Positions 27,844-38,899 of a stretch of DNA of 64,000 nt are shown here, piece after piece. The stretch is taken from the NCBI GenBank assembly GCA_965238055.1, contig OZ250178.1, positions 3,209,394-3,273,393 of the forward strand, in the 5' to 3' direction. Below the pieces are notes generated by a model, which was not told where the DNA came from, ran no database searches, and was given only the letters and a program-made list of their open reading frames with translations. How positions within the stretch are numbered: the stretch's first letter is position 1; each line of letters opens with the position of its first letter. Made by a program: the position numbers and the translations under genes. Source of the DNA: Candidatus Foliamicus sp. GTDB lineage: Bacteria; Pseudomonadota; Gammaproteobacteria; Steroidobacterales; Foliamicaceae.

Positions 27844-29871
27844 GAGGCAGTTGCGCTGTGGGGTTTTTCGGGAGCATTTTTCTGATCTGCGGGCTTTCTG
27901 CCGTGTGATTAAGACGGACTGCGCCTGGTTGGGCGCATTTTCAAGGTCTCGTCCGGCTCCGGGTGAGGAAAAACGGGCGGTTCAGAGGCGGATTGGGGGT
28001 CGGGCCAATCCGTAAGGGAAGCGCCGCCCTCAGCCCACTCCGGGCCGATGCGAGGCCGCCGGCGGCCGAGCCTCGGAGACGGCTATCCGCTGTCCTGGAA
28101 GGGAACCGGGCGAACCAGCGAGCGCATCCGTTGGGGACGGCCTTCTTGCACCGAGCCCAGCGCCAGCGCCATCATCACGCACAAGGCCAAGCCCACCTGC
28201 GCCTTCATCTTCGCTTGTCCGCGGATGAAGTGATGCTCAAAGCCGAAGCTTCCGTCCACCCGGCTGTTGATCCGCTCCAGGGCGGTCCGCCGCTTATAGC
28301 CCCGCCGCCATGACGGACTCCCCCAGGGCGTGGGCGTGAAAATGCGCCGGTCGTGATCCTCAAGGCCAATCCGAACGATACGCCCGTAATCCCCGGCTTT
28401 CACCCCCGCCCCGCGGTAGCACTGCGCCTGGCCTTTGCATTCAAAGCCATAGGCCGCCGCCGGACAGCGATACTTCAAAGCATTGCGGTCCGACTCAAAC
28501 CCCTGGAACGCCATGGGACGCTGTTCCTTCGTCGCTGGATCGCGGCACAGCACCTCGCCCTTCTCGCTATACAGGATCGTGTCCGCCCGGTCCGAATACA
28601 GCGCCCGCAGAATCGGCTGGGACGGATCGTAGCCCGGCATCTCCTTCTCCTCCCGCCACATCGCCCGCGTGTCAATCAGCGGGCGCACCCCATACTCATC
28701 CCAAAGCTTCGCCTTCAGCGGACCGCTGTCCAGACCTTTATCGGCGCTGAAATCCGCGCAGCGCTCCGCCAACTCCGGCGCTTGGGCAAACAACTCGTCC
28801 ACCGCACCCGACAGCCGCTTGACCTCCGAGGCTGAAGCCTTCGTTACGTCATACCACACCGGAATCTCATATTCGCTGTCGGCAATCAGATGCAACTCGT
28901 AGCCAAACCAATTCTTGACCTTCTTCCACGCCTTGCCGGTGCGCTTGTCTACGCCGTGGGTCTCATGACAGCCCCAGTCCGCGTCCACATCCGAAGTCTT
29001 CCCCTTGCGGGCATCCACCCGCCCCGTGGAGTGGCTGTCGATGGCCTTGCCGTCATAGCCCAAATGCCGCCCAAAATCCGGCAACGCCTCCATGAGTTGC
29101 GCGCGCAAGGTATCCATCATCGCGCCGATGACGCCCTGCTCGGCCTCCAGCTCAACCACGTTGCGCAGAAAACGCGAGAAGTTGGAAGCGTCCGGGACGT
29201 TGTCCCAACGGGAACCGGGAAACTCCACCACCGCCGACCGCCCACTTACCGCATCCTCTTGCAGCCTCCGCTTCGGCGCGCCTTGCCGAGGCAAAGGATC
29301 AAAACCGCACACCCCCAACAGCGCCGGGTTGCGCCGCAACTCCCGCAGCAGCAAGGCGATGGAGGCATGCTGACTGCTACGCAGCTTGACCACAGGTCAA
29401 GCAACACCAGCCCCGCGATCAGCGCCCGCCACATCGCCTGAACCGGATAGTCGGCGCGGCCCCGGCCCCGCCGCGCCTTCAAAGCGTCAATCACCGGCTG
29501 ATCGGGAAGATGCTCAAGCACCCAGTCAAGCCGCTTCAAGTCCCCCAGCGGTCCCCCAGCGGTTCGACATCATCCCACGAAAAGAGCATACTGTTGGTGG
29601 CCGTCATGGTGTCTCCTTTAGCCGGGAGCGGCGGGTGTCTTTGGTAGAACCATTTTGCCCTATGACGGCCCCTTTTGTCTATCATCCTGTTGATTTACAA
29701 GAGAAATACCCGTTTGCGTCAGAAACCCTCAGGCGTTGGGGTGAAAATCTCCATTTCCGCGCACCCGCACCCCGGAAACGCCCGAAACTCGGTGAAGTCT
29801 TGGGGTAAAGAAATAATCGCCCGCCCGCAAACCCTTGGTATCAGCGGACTTCAGAACAGCGCAAGTGCCTC
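27844..29871 (-). mobile_element. IS element (IS4/IS5-superfamily DDE transposase, 2,028 bp) with intact ends but an inactivated transposase
   Basis: Terminal inverted repeats GAGGCAGTTGCGCTGT (27844-27859) and the reverse complement of 29856-29871, GAGGCACTTGCGCTGT (15/16 match). Flanking 5-bp direct repeat TAATC at 27839-27843 and 29872-29876. Confidence 0.8.
28083..29607 (-). pseudogene. DDE transposase (DDE_Tnp_1 type) disrupted at two points
   Basis: The ATG at 29607 gives MTATNSMLFSWDDVEPLGD. An 11-bp tandem duplication (TCCCCCAGCGG x2, 29541-29562) then shifts the frame; removing one copy restores ...EPLGDLKRLDWVLEHLPDQ. A second frame break lies near 29384-29402, between ...AMWRALIAGLV and QHASIALLLRELRRNPALLGVCGF. 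The remaining 436-aa ORF has DDE-type motifs (GYELHLIAD, YKRRTALERINSRV). Confidence 0.75.
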
Positions 29872-30010
29872 TAATCCTCTTATGGGGGTTGTGTAGAGCG
29901 CGTTAGATCTCAAAACATCCTCCACAAAAATCGCTTGTTGGAGTGTATACTCAGCGGTTATCAGGCGTACCCAAATCAAGGTTCGCTGTGAGACCAAAAA
30001 GGGGACACAC

Positions 30011-33000
30011 ATGACAGATTTTAAAACACCTTATCTTGGTACTCGGCCCAAGTCACGCTTTGCCATTTCTGGGCTGCTGACGATGCTGGCCGGATTGGCG
30101 CTAAGCATAAACTTCGCCACGGCTCAGGAGGACGCTGACGCCGATGAAGACGAAGAATCCTTGGAGTTGCAGGAAGTAAAGGTCACGGGCAGTCGCTTGG
30201 GCCGTCCCGCTTCGGAACTGTCCGGCAACCTGATCGTGCTTGATCGTGACGATATCCGCGCATCCGGTGAACTGACCTTGGCCCGGGTACTCCGCCAACT
30301 GCCGCAGAACGTCAACGCTACAAACGAAACTTACGGATCAAGGCTCAACGGAGCGCAGAACAGAACCGGCAGCGCAACAGTCAACCTGCGCGGTCTGGGA
30401 AGCGAATCCACGCTGATTCTTGTGGATGGCCGGCGCATAGGCTACAGCGGCCTTTTTGGCGGTGTCACAGACATATCCACCATTCCGCTTTCCATGGTGG
30501 ATCGCATTGAGATCCTGCTGGACGGGGCATCTGCCGTGTATGGATCCGATGCTGTCGGCGGCGTGGTGAACATCATCACCCGCAAGGACTACTCCGGCGT
30601 CGAGATGGACCTGAACTACGGTCGCCCGCACAAGAGCGGCTACGACGAGAGCCGCGCGAACATCTCCGCCGGGTGGGCCTGGAGCGGAGGCCGCGCGAAC
30701 GTAGGTTACGAGAATTTCTACGATTCCGGCCTGGATGCGTCACTGCGCGACACAATCGCCTCGGAGGCGCGGAGGAATGTCGGCGGCAATAATTGGAATC
30801 AGCCATACGGTCCGCAGATTCGAGTTTCAAACAACAATTACAACGACAACTGTTTTCCCACTAATGCGGTCGTATATGTATTGGGGGGTAACATCATCAC
30901 CCGCGCGGAATATAACGCGCTCGATCCCGCCAGTCAGGAAATGGCCACCTGCCGTGTTGACGTCACGCTTCCCTTAGGCTTCCAGCACACAGACGACCTC
31001 AACAGCATCGACCTCTTTGGCCTGCAGGATTGGGGGCCTGCAGCTGAACTGGGTATTAGCTTGAGGCCGAAACAACTTCACCATGTGGTCAGCGCAGGCG
31101 TAGATCAGAAAGTCACACCTGGGCTCACGGTCCGCGCCAATGTCCGCTGGGGGAAGAAGGGCATCACTTCAAACGACGGCCAAAATTGGGTAAACGGAAG
31201 GCTTCACGCTGGTAATCCCTTCAACCCATTTGGGGTGGCCGTTGATCTCTACGGCCTGTCGCTGGATACCCCGCCTAAGTCATATGAGTCGGATCAGGAC
31301 GAGCTTTTTGCCCAGCTGGGCGCCGGAGGATCACTCGGCAGCTGGACTTGGGATGCCGAATTCAGCCGCTCGCAGCAAGAAGTGTTTAGCACGCGCGTAA
31401 ACTCTCTGGATCCCTTATTCAGCCAAGGGATCAGATCCGACGGCGTGACTCCCGCGCGTATCGCAAGTTTCTCCCGCATAGACGAAGCGGCTTGCCAAGC
31501 AAAACAGGCGGAGATTGGCGGCATTAGCTACACGTGGTCGGCGGGCGGCTTCTTTGGCTCATCCTGCCAGATTTTTGGTCCGCCGGCCGAAGTGGTCAAC
31601 CCGTTCGGCGACCTCAACCCGTTCATCATTCCAGATCGTAATTTCGGGTCAAAGAACGAACAGACTCAGTTTGAGGCGCTGGCGCGTGGCGAGTTATTCA
31701 ACGCCCCAGGCGGCGCGGTAGCAGTGGTTGTGGGCTACGATTTCCGCCAGGATGTGCTGGATTCATTCACCGAGGGCGGCTTTGGCGTTCTGACTGGCGA
31801 GTCCCCGGTAAGAGACTCTATCTTCACAGTGTTCAACACGAAAATCAGCCGCGATAATCAAGCCGCGTTTGTGGAAGGGCTGGTCCCCCTGGTGGGATCA
31901 AACAACGCCATGGCCGGTGTTCAGCGCCTGAGCCTGACGTTCTCAGGACGCTACGACTCATACTCCAATGTGGACATAGACTATCGGGAAACCGGAACCA
32001 GCGAAGCCGGCACCGTTGAGGCAGCCGACCCGGGCAGCGAGTTTACCTGGAGCGCCGGGCTGGTGTACCGCCCCTCCGACAGCATGCTATTCAAGGCAAA
32101 CCTGTCAACCGCTTTCGTCGCCCCTCAGTTGAACCAGTTGTTGACCAGGGTGACAGGGTTGGTTCCAGGTTGCTTTGGTTTCTTCATAGATGAATCCCTA
32201 GTAGGTGCAAGTCAGAAGTGCGACAACGTATTGGTGTATAACGCCGGCGGCAATGACAGCCTGACGCCCGAGACCGCAGAATCACTCAGCTTGACGGGGG
32301 AGTTTTCGCCGCCGTTCTTGCCCGGAGTCTTCTTGAAGGTGAGCTGGAACGACACAGAATACAAAGATCGCATCGCTAAATTGAACACCCCGACCGTCGA
32401 TCTCAATAACCTTCCCTCAACCGTAACCTATTTTCCAGAAGACGACATCTACGTCAAAGATGACAGGTACATCAATGTCAAGACAGTAGACCGATCAGGC
32501 TTCGACTACGAATTGCGTTACGAGTGGCAAACAGGCTTGAACGACTACGCCATCTTAGTGAGACGTTCGTATACCAACAAGTATGATGTCCAAAGGGAGC
32601 TGTCGGTGGGTGCTGTGCATGACCTGGTCACAACCAAGGTTGTGTCGGACAATGACAACCCTCTTCTGCCGCCTGTTCCAAAACATCAGACCAGCGCGCA
32701 GTTCACTTGGACGCGCGGCGGTGTGTTCGTAAGCTTTGATGTGCAGGGCGCAGATAAGACAGAAACGCTTAATGACCGATCCTTCGCAACTTGGAAATAC
32801 GTCACCGAACCCGCCACCAACTATGACCTGGTGTTGGGTTACGAATTTGGCGACAATACGCTGTTTGACGCCCCGGCATGGATGGACGGCATGAGCGCCA
32901 CTTTAACCGTTAACAATCTGACCAATGTGTTTGCGAACAATTATGAAGAAGATGTGGATACCGGCGAAATCGAGGATTATGAGATTTCTACGTTCTACGA

Positions 33001-33049
33001 GTGGACGCAGGGACGGTCGTATCGCCTGGCGATTCACAAGTCGTTCTAA
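30011..33049 (+). CDS. TonB-dependent receptor (paralog 1)
   Basis: Signal peptide, acidic linker, plug region LQEVKVTGSRLGRPASELSGNLIVLDRDDIRASG...VNLRGLGSESTLILVDGRR...GASAVYGSDAVGGVVNIITR, and a C-terminal barrel ending YRLAIHKSF. Confidence 0.9.
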   Translation: MTDFKTPYLGTRPKSRFAISGLLTMLAGLALSINFATAQEDADADEDEESLELQEVKVTGSRLGRPASELSGNLIVLDRDDIRASGELTLARVLRQLPQNVNATNETYGSRLNGAQNRTGSATVNLRGLGSESTLILVDGRRIGYSGLFGGVTDISTIPLSMVDRIEILLDGASAVYGSDAVGGVVNIITRKDYSGVEMDLNYGRPHKSGYDESRANISAGWAWSGGRANVGYENFYDSGLDASLRDTIASEARRNVGGNNWNQPYGPQIRVSNNNYNDNCFPTNAVVYVLGGNIITRAEYNALDPASQEMATCRVDVTLPLGFQHTDDLNSIDLFGLQDWGPAAELGISLRPKQLHHVVSAGVDQKVTPGLTVRANVRWGKKGITSNDGQNWVNGRLHAGNPFNPFGVAVDLYGLSLDTPPKSYESDQDELFAQLGAGGSLGSWTWDAEFSRSQQEVFSTRVNSLDPLFSQGIRSDGVTPARIASFSRIDEAACQAKQAEIGGISYTWSAGGFFGSSCQIFGPPAEVVNPFGDLNPFIIPDRNFGSKNEQTQFEALARGELFNAPGGAVAVVVGYDFRQDVLDSFTEGGFGVLTGESPVRDSIFTVFNTKISRDNQAAFVEGLVPLVGSNNAMAGVQRLSLTFSGRYDSYSNVDIDYRETGTSEAGTVEAADPGSEFTWSAGLVYRPSDSMLFKANLSTAFVAPQLNQLLTRVTGLVPGCFGFFIDESLVGASQKCDNVLVYNAGGNDSLTPETAESLSLTGEFSPPFLPGVFLKVSWNDTEYKDRIAKLNTPTVDLNNLPSTVTYFPEDDIYVKDDRYINVKTVDRSGFDYELRYEWQTGLNDYAILVRRSYTNKYDVQRELSVGAVHDLVTTKVVSDNDNPLLPPVPKHQTSAQFTWTRGGVFVSFDVQGADKTETLNDRSFATWKYVTEPATNYDLVLGYEFGDNTLFDAPAWMDGMSATLTVNNLTNVFANNYEEDVDTGEIEDYEISTFYEWTQGRSYRLAIHKSF

Positions 33050-33170
33050 TTGCGGAAGTGACTTAACCGCTTGAGGCTGCGAAGCCCTCAAGCAAAGCTG
33101 CGCCCGGCACTGCCCTTGTGGCGGTGCCGGGCGCAGTCATAAAGAACAACCCTCCGGCTGGAGAACGCAA

Positions 33171-34445
33171 ATGAAACTCAATCAAGCTCAACATTTCGTA
33201 TCAAGCAGGTTGCTGCCTTTGACCCTGCTACTTGCTTCCAGCGCGCTGACAATAGCGGGTTGCGGTGATTCGCAGGTCTCCGTGGAGACCGGAGATCAGA
33301 CACCGCAATACACCATTTCCGGCGATGTGGCGGATCTGCTGGAAGAGGGCGACGTTGTCCTCAGCCGGAGTACTTCGGTTCTGGGCGGGACAGAGGAATT
33401 CGCAAGGACAACGCTGACCGGCGGCGAGTTTGAATTGCAAGGAGAGTTCAGTCACGGTGGAGCGATCTATTTGGCAATCGTGGACCCCGCAGACGAGCGA
33501 AAGGGCTCCTTGCAATTGATCCTGGAGCCGGGCGAAATTCTGGTTGAGTACACCGGCGAGGTGACAGGCCTGCGGGCTCGCGGCGGACCATATCAACAGC
33601 AGGTCGTCACAAGCTGGCAGGAAAGCGAGGCTTACACCCAGGCGCTGGCCGCCTACCGCGACGTCATGCAACGGCGCAAGGGGATGGAGGAAGGCGATGA
33701 AGGCTTTGAGGAGTTCCGGCAGGAATCCTGGGACCGCTATAACGAGCAAAACAAGGTTCGCCGCGATGCCTTGCGCGCGATCGCGGAATCGGATGAGGAC
33801 CCGCTGGCAAGCCTGTATGCGATTCAACTCGGCGGCATGGGCGGCGACGAGGCCCTTTCGCGTCTGGACGTCCTGCAGGCTGACCTGGGCAAGCACCCTG
33901 CTTTAATCGCCATGCGGAGCCGCATTGACAAAGGAAAGGAATTGCGGGCTGCAGCCCAGGCTATGAAAGAAGGGAGTCAGGTGGAAGATTTCTCCAGCAT
34001 TGGCCTGGACGACCTCGACTATCACTTGCAGGACGCGCGCATAGCCAACCAGTACACGCTGGTGGAATTCTGGGCCTCGTGGTGCGGACCCTGCCGCGCA
34101 GAGAACCCCAACCTGATCGCCAGCTACCAAAACTTCGGGCCGAAAGGTTTTGAGGTATTTGCCTACTCACTGGACGATGATCGCGACGACTGGGCCGATG
34201 CCAGCGAAGAAGACGGCATCCCGTGGATCAATACCAGCGACTTGCTTGCTTATGACAGCCCGATTCCGGGGCAGTTCGGCGTAACGGCAATTCCGATGAA
34301 CTTTCTGCTCGATTCCGACGGAGTGATCGTGGCCAGGAACCTGCGCGGTGAAAAGCTCGACGTGAAACTCGCGGAACTGATCGACGGCATCGCGCCTCCT
34401 GCTGAAGAGGAAGTCGACGAAACAGCCTCAACCGCAGGTCTATAA
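33171..34445 (+). CDS. TlpA-like thiol:disulfide oxidoreductase lipoprotein (thioredoxin fold, DUF4369-like N-domain)
   Basis: Lipobox LTIAGCGD. Redox motif LVEFWASWCGPCRAENP, and C-terminal GVTAIPMNFLLDSDGVIVARNLRG. Confidence 0.85.
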   Translation: MKLNQAQHFVSSRLLPLTLLLASSALTIAGCGDSQVSVETGDQTPQYTISGDVADLLEEGDVVLSRSTSVLGGTEEFARTTLTGGEFELQGEFSHGGAIYLAIVDPADERKGSLQLILEPGEILVEYTGEVTGLRARGGPYQQQVVTSWQESEAYTQALAAYRDVMQRRKGMEEGDEGFEEFRQESWDRYNEQNKVRRDALRAIAESDEDPLASLYAIQLGGMGGDEALSRLDVLQADLGKHPALIAMRSRIDKGKELRAAAQAMKEGSQVEDFSSIGLDDLDYHLQDARIANQYTLVEFWASWCGPCRAENPNLIASYQNFGPKGFEVFAYSLDDDRDDWADASEEDGIPWINTSDLLAYDSPIPGQFGVTAIPMNFLLDSDGVIVARNLRGEKLDVKLAELIDGIAPPAEEEVDETASTAGL

Positions 34446-34457
34446 GCTGTCGAATCT

Positions 34458-34512
34458 GAGGCGAGGACGTCCCGTCCTCGTCGAGGGCGAGACGCCCTCG
34501 TTCCCAGGGGGG
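34458..34512. repeat. REP-like element pair
   Basis: GAGGCGAGGACGTCCCGTCCTCG followed by TCGAGGGCGAGACGCCCTCGTTCCCAGGGGGG. Confidence 0.8.
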
Positions 34513-34581
34513 TTACCTTAGCGAATTCGCAAAAATATGTGTGCGTGCTATAGTCCCTCGGACTCAAATCGGGGACTTCAA

Positions 34582-36984
34582 ATGGCGCACACACATCAAC
34601 TGAAGCTCCTCATGCGGCGCAATTTGCACCTGCTCTTCATTTGGATTCCAATTTTTCTTGCTGCCTTGGCACTCAGTTCCAGCCTTGCATTCGCGCAGGA
34701 CGAAACGGACGAGCAGGACGAAGAGGCCCTGGAACTGGCAGACGTCCGGGTAACGGGCAGCCGGCTCAGCCGACAGCCTTCGGAGATTTCCAGCAACGTC
34801 ATCGTATTGGATCGCGAGGACATAAAGGCCTCAGGTGAACTCACCCTGGCGCGCGTCCTTCGCCAGTTGCCCCAGAACATAAACTCCACCCACGAAGACA
34901 TCTGGTCCACGTTCAATACCGCGGGAAACAGGACTGGCGCATCCACCGTGAATCTGCGCGGCCTGGGCAGCGAATCCACGCTAATCCTGGTGGATGGACG
35001 CCGGGTTGGCTACAGCGGCATCCTGGGAGGGGTTACCGATATTTCCACTATTCCGTTATCCATGGTGGAGCGCATTCAAATCCTGCTGGACGGCGCCTCC
35101 GCCGTGTATGGTTCGGACGCGGTGGGCGGCGTCGTGAACATCATCACGCGGCAGGACTATTCCGGGGTGGAACTGGACGTCAACTATGGCCGCCCGCACG
35201 ACGGCGGCTATGACGAAACCCGTGTAAGCGTTGCTACCGGCTTTTCCTGGGCCTCAGGCGGTGGAGGGCGAGCCAAGCTCAGTTATGAGTACTTCCAGGA
35301 CTCCGGCCTGGATGGCTCGCAGCGGGATGCGATTATTCATCCTTCACGCACCGATCTGAACTTTGGCCCCACCACAGTCAAGAACACAGCGCCCGGGCCG
35401 CAGTTTCGCGTTTACTCCCATCGCACTGATGATTCCTGTCCGCCGCCGCGGTCCTCCGGGAATCCTCGTGGCCGGCCTTTCCTGTGGGAGCTCGCCAATG
35501 GAAATAAGGTCACGGACGCTGAATACCTGGCGCTGGACGATGCAGCTAAGGCCGGCGCCACCTGCCGCGCAGACGTAACGCTACCGGCGGGATTCCAGTA
35601 CACGGACGATCTCAATAACATCGAATTGTTCGGCGAGCAGGACTGGCGCGATGAAGCCGACGTGGGCTTCAGCCTGCGGCCGGAACAGAGCTACAACGTG
35701 GTAAACCTGGGCCTGGATCAGAAACTTGCGGATACGTTAACTCTGCACGCCAGTCTTCGCCTTGGCAGGAAGGATTCCAATTCCATGAACGGGCAGAACT
35801 CACTGGGCCTCGCAGGAGGTACTCTGCACGCCAATAACCCCTTCAACCCCTTCGGCGTGCAGGTGACCGTGCACGGCCTGCTTCTGGACCAACCCGCCAA
35901 ATCCTTCGAGTCCGAGAGGGACGAGAAGTTTGGAAGGCTCGGTCTTGAGGGTTCGCTGGGGAGTTGGACCTGGCAGGCCGAATACAGTTCATCGCGGAAG
36001 GAAGCGGACACGGTCTGGCACAACCGAACCGACCCGGCCTTTCTCAGTGGGTTGAATAGCGATGGCGTAACAGGAGCGCGGATCGGATTCGCATTTCGTG
36101 TTACCGAGGCACAATGCGAAGCCAGGATGGTGGAATTGGGCGGCTGGAGCTACACCTACGTCCCCAACCCCTTCTTCATCGGCATCTGCAACATTTTTGG
36201 CCAGCCGCCTGACCCGACCAATCCTTTTGGCGACACCAGCGAATATGTCCGCGAGAACGAGTATGCCGGCTCCAAGAATGAGCAGACCCAGTTTGAGGCG
36301 CTGGCGCGCGGTAACCTGTTCAATGCTCCGGGTGGCCCCGTGGCGCTGGTGGTGGGATTCGACTACCGCCAGGACGTGCTGGATTCCTTCAAAGAGTTCC
36401 TGGCCGGTGATTACCTTAGCTTCAACACCCCAACAGGTACCGCCAATTTCAATACGCGCATCAGCCGCGACAATAGCGCCGGCTTCGTGGAAGGATTGAT
36501 CCCACTGATCGGTTCGGACAACGCCATGGCGGGGGTGCAGCGGCTGAGCCTGACCTTTTCAGGGCGCTACGATTCGTACTCCGACGTGGAAGTGGAATAT
36601 CGGGACACGGACACGGGGGATTCCAGTGCACTGGATGCTGCGGACCCCGGAGGTGAGTTCACCTGGAGCGGTGGGTTGGTGTACCAGCCCAATGACCAGG
36701 TGCTTTTCAGAGGCAACGTCGGTACTTCATTTAGGGCGCCACAACTAAACCAGTTACTCTCGGAGGTGCAGCGGAGCGATTTCGCACTGTTTGTTTATCT
36801 GGATGCGGACGGCGACCCTGTCATTGCGCGCAACGTCATAAGCTACAGTGGCGGTAACGACTCTTTGACTCCCGAAACCGCCGATAACCTGAGCCTGTCG
36901 GGCGAGTTCACACCCTCCTTCCTGCCGGGCCTTTTCTTCAAGGTAGGCTGGAGCGACACGGAATTCTCAGATCGCATTGTCAAA
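34582..36984 (+). pseudogene. TonB-dependent receptor (paralog 2), 5' portion, interrupted by an IS insertion
   Basis: MAHTHQLKLLMRRNLHLLFIWIPIFLAALALSSSLAFAQDE, then plug and barrel collinear with paralog 1 up to ...WSDTEFSDRIVK. The reading frame then enters the IS inverted repeat and stops at 37023. Confidence 0.85.
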
Positions 36985-38899
36985 CCCGAGTTTGACACTT
37001 CCTCATACATATTGGGGCGTTGAGGGTAATGCGGGCGTAGGAAAATCAACCACTTACGGCCTTTGGGACTGGATATTCGGCTCTAAACACATAGATACAT
37101 GTATTTGCGGTTGAAGTATTGTGATGGTTCGACATATCTGGCATCATTGGATACATGTACCTGCGCCAGTCCACGCAAAAGCGCGCCGACGGCTCGACCC
37201 TCCGCCACCTGCAGATCGCCGAGAACGTCTGGGACCCGGTCAAGAAGCGCTCCCGGGTGCGCATCCTGTACAACTGCGGGCGCGCCGACGACCCCAAGGC
37301 GGCCGAACGGCTGCGGCGCCTGGCGCGCAGCATCCTAAAGCGTTGCTCGCCTGAAGAACTCGTGGCCGCCGGTCCGGCGCTTACGATCGCCGACGCTTGG
37401 CCGTACGGGGATGTATACGCGCTACAGCGGCTGTGGGAGCGGGCCGGGCTGCCGGAGTTGATCGCCGAACAGGCGGATCCGGGCAAGTTCGAGTTCTCCG
37501 TCGAGCGGGCGCTGTTCGCGATGGTCGCCAACCGGGCTTTGGCGCCGTCGTCGAAGCTGCATTGTCATCAACAGTGGCTGGCCGAGGACGTCCGCATCGA
37601 GGGCTGCGGGGAGTTGGAGTTGCATCATCTGTACCGGGCGATGGACTTTCTACACGAGCGCAAGACGGTCCTGGAGGAAGGCTTGTATTACCGGGTGGCG
37701 GACCTGCTCAACCTGGACGTGGAGTTGGTGTTCTACGACACCACCTCGCTGCATTTTGAGATCGCGGACGAAGATGGCGGGGATCCCGAGGCGGGCAGGG
37801 TGCCGCTGCGCAAGCGGGGGCATTCGAAGAACGGCCGGGGCGACGCGCCGCAGGTGCTGGTGGGTCTGGCGGTCACGCGCGAGGGCTTTCCGGTGCGCCA
37901 CTGGGTGTTTCCGGGCAACACGGTGGACGTAAGCACGGTGGCGCGGGTCAAGCGGGATCTCAAGGGCTGGCGGCTGAACCGCTGCGTGTTCGTGGGCGAC
38001 GCCGGGATGGTCTCGGCGGAGAACCTGAAGGCGTTGGCGCGCGGCGGCGGGCGCTATATCGTTTGCATGCCGGTTCGCCGCGGCGGGGAGGCGGACCAGG
38101 TGATTGGTCGCCGGGGGCGCTACCGCGAAGTGGCGAAGAACCTGCAGGTCAAGGAGGTTGTGGTCGGCAAGGGCGAGCGGCGGCGGCGGTACGCGGTGTG
38201 CTTCAACCCCCGCGAGGCCGAGCGCCAGCGCCGCCATCGGGCGAAGGTGCTGGCGGAGTTGGAAGCCGAACTGGCTTCGCTACGCCCGAGCGATGGCGGC
38301 CACCGCAAGCGGGTGTGCGAACTGCGCGCCAGCGGGCGCTATGGGCGCTACCTCCGGCTGACGAAGACCGGGCTTGCGCGGATCAGCCGGGCCCAGGTCA
38401 AGGCGGCCGAACGCTTGGACGGCAAGTTCGTGGTGCACAGCAACGACGACACGCTCGGCGCCGAGGACCTGGCCCTGGGCTACAAGCAACTGCAGCGCGT
38501 CGAGCAGGCCTGGCGGCGCCTCAAGAGCGGGCTTGGGCTGCGCCCGGTGCATCACCACGCCGAGCGCCGCATCCGCGCCCATGTCGCGCTGAGTGTGATC
38601 GCCTTGCTGCTGGAACGCATGGCCGAGCACGCCTGCGGGGATACCTGGCGCAACATCCGCGACGATCTCAAGCAAATAAAACTGGTTCAATTGTCGGGGC
38701 CCAACGGCGCCTTGTGGCAGCTGACCGAACCCCGCCCGGACGCGTCCAAGCGTCTGAAATCCTTACGCATTCCCCCTCCGCCCACGATCTTGAAACTGGG
38801 CTGAACCCCTAGTGACATGGCCTTTTGCGCCAACGTGCGCAACCGATTGATTTGCCTGCGCAAATTAGAAATACGTATCTATGAAGTGTCAAACTCGGG
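36985..38899 (+). mobile_element. IS1634-family insertion sequence (1,915 bp), apparently intact
   Basis: Perfect 17-bp terminal inverted repeats CCCGAGTTTGACACTTC (36985-37001 and the reverse complement of 38883-38899). 5-bp target duplication TCAAA (36980-36984 and 38900-38904). Single 549-aa transposase ORF. Confidence 0.9.
37155..38804 (+). CDS. IS1634-family (IS4-like) transposase
   Basis: MYLRQSTQKRADGSTLRHLQIAENVWDPVKKRSRVRILYNCGR is a typical IS1634-family N-terminus. DDE-type core (VFYDTTSLHFE ... VFVGDAGMVSAENL ... GYKQLQRVEQAWRRLKSGL). Confidence 0.85.
   Translation: MYLRQSTQKRADGSTLRHLQIAENVWDPVKKRSRVRILYNCGRADDPKAAERLRRLARSILKRCSPEELVAAGPALTIADAWPYGDVYALQRLWERAGLPELIAEQADPGKFEFSVERALFAMVANRALAPSSKLHCHQQWLAEDVRIEGCGELELHHLYRAMDFLHERKTVLEEGLYYRVADLLNLDVELVFYDTTSLHFEIADEDGGDPEAGRVPLRKRGHSKNGRGDAPQVLVGLAVTREGFPVRHWVFPGNTVDVSTVARVKRDLKGWRLNRCVFVGDAGMVSAENLKALARGGGRYIVCMPVRRGGEADQVIGRRGRYREVAKNLQVKEVVVGKGERRRRYAVCFNPREAERQRRHRAKVLAELEAELASLRPSDGGHRKRVCELRASGRYGRYLRLTKTGLARISRAQVKAAERLDGKFVVHSNDDTLGAEDLALGYKQLQRVEQAWRRLKSGLGLRPVHHHAERRIRAHVALSVIALLLERMAEHACGDTWRNIRDDLKQIKLVQLSGPNGALWQLTEPRPDASKRLKSLRIPPPPTILKLG

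Noticed and set aside
29650-30010. I checked for a riboswitch or Fur-box-type regulator upstream of the first TonB-dependent receptor, and likewise at 51760-51882 upstream of the third.
   Set aside because: I could not recognise a cobalamin/TPP-type conserved core or a convincing Fur-box palindrome by eye. Part of the first region is the right end of the IS element.
38063-38812. 249-aa alternative-frame ORF inside the IS1634-family element.
   Set aside because: It is entirely nested in the 549-aa transposase ORF, in another frame, with Arg/Gly/Pro-rich composition.
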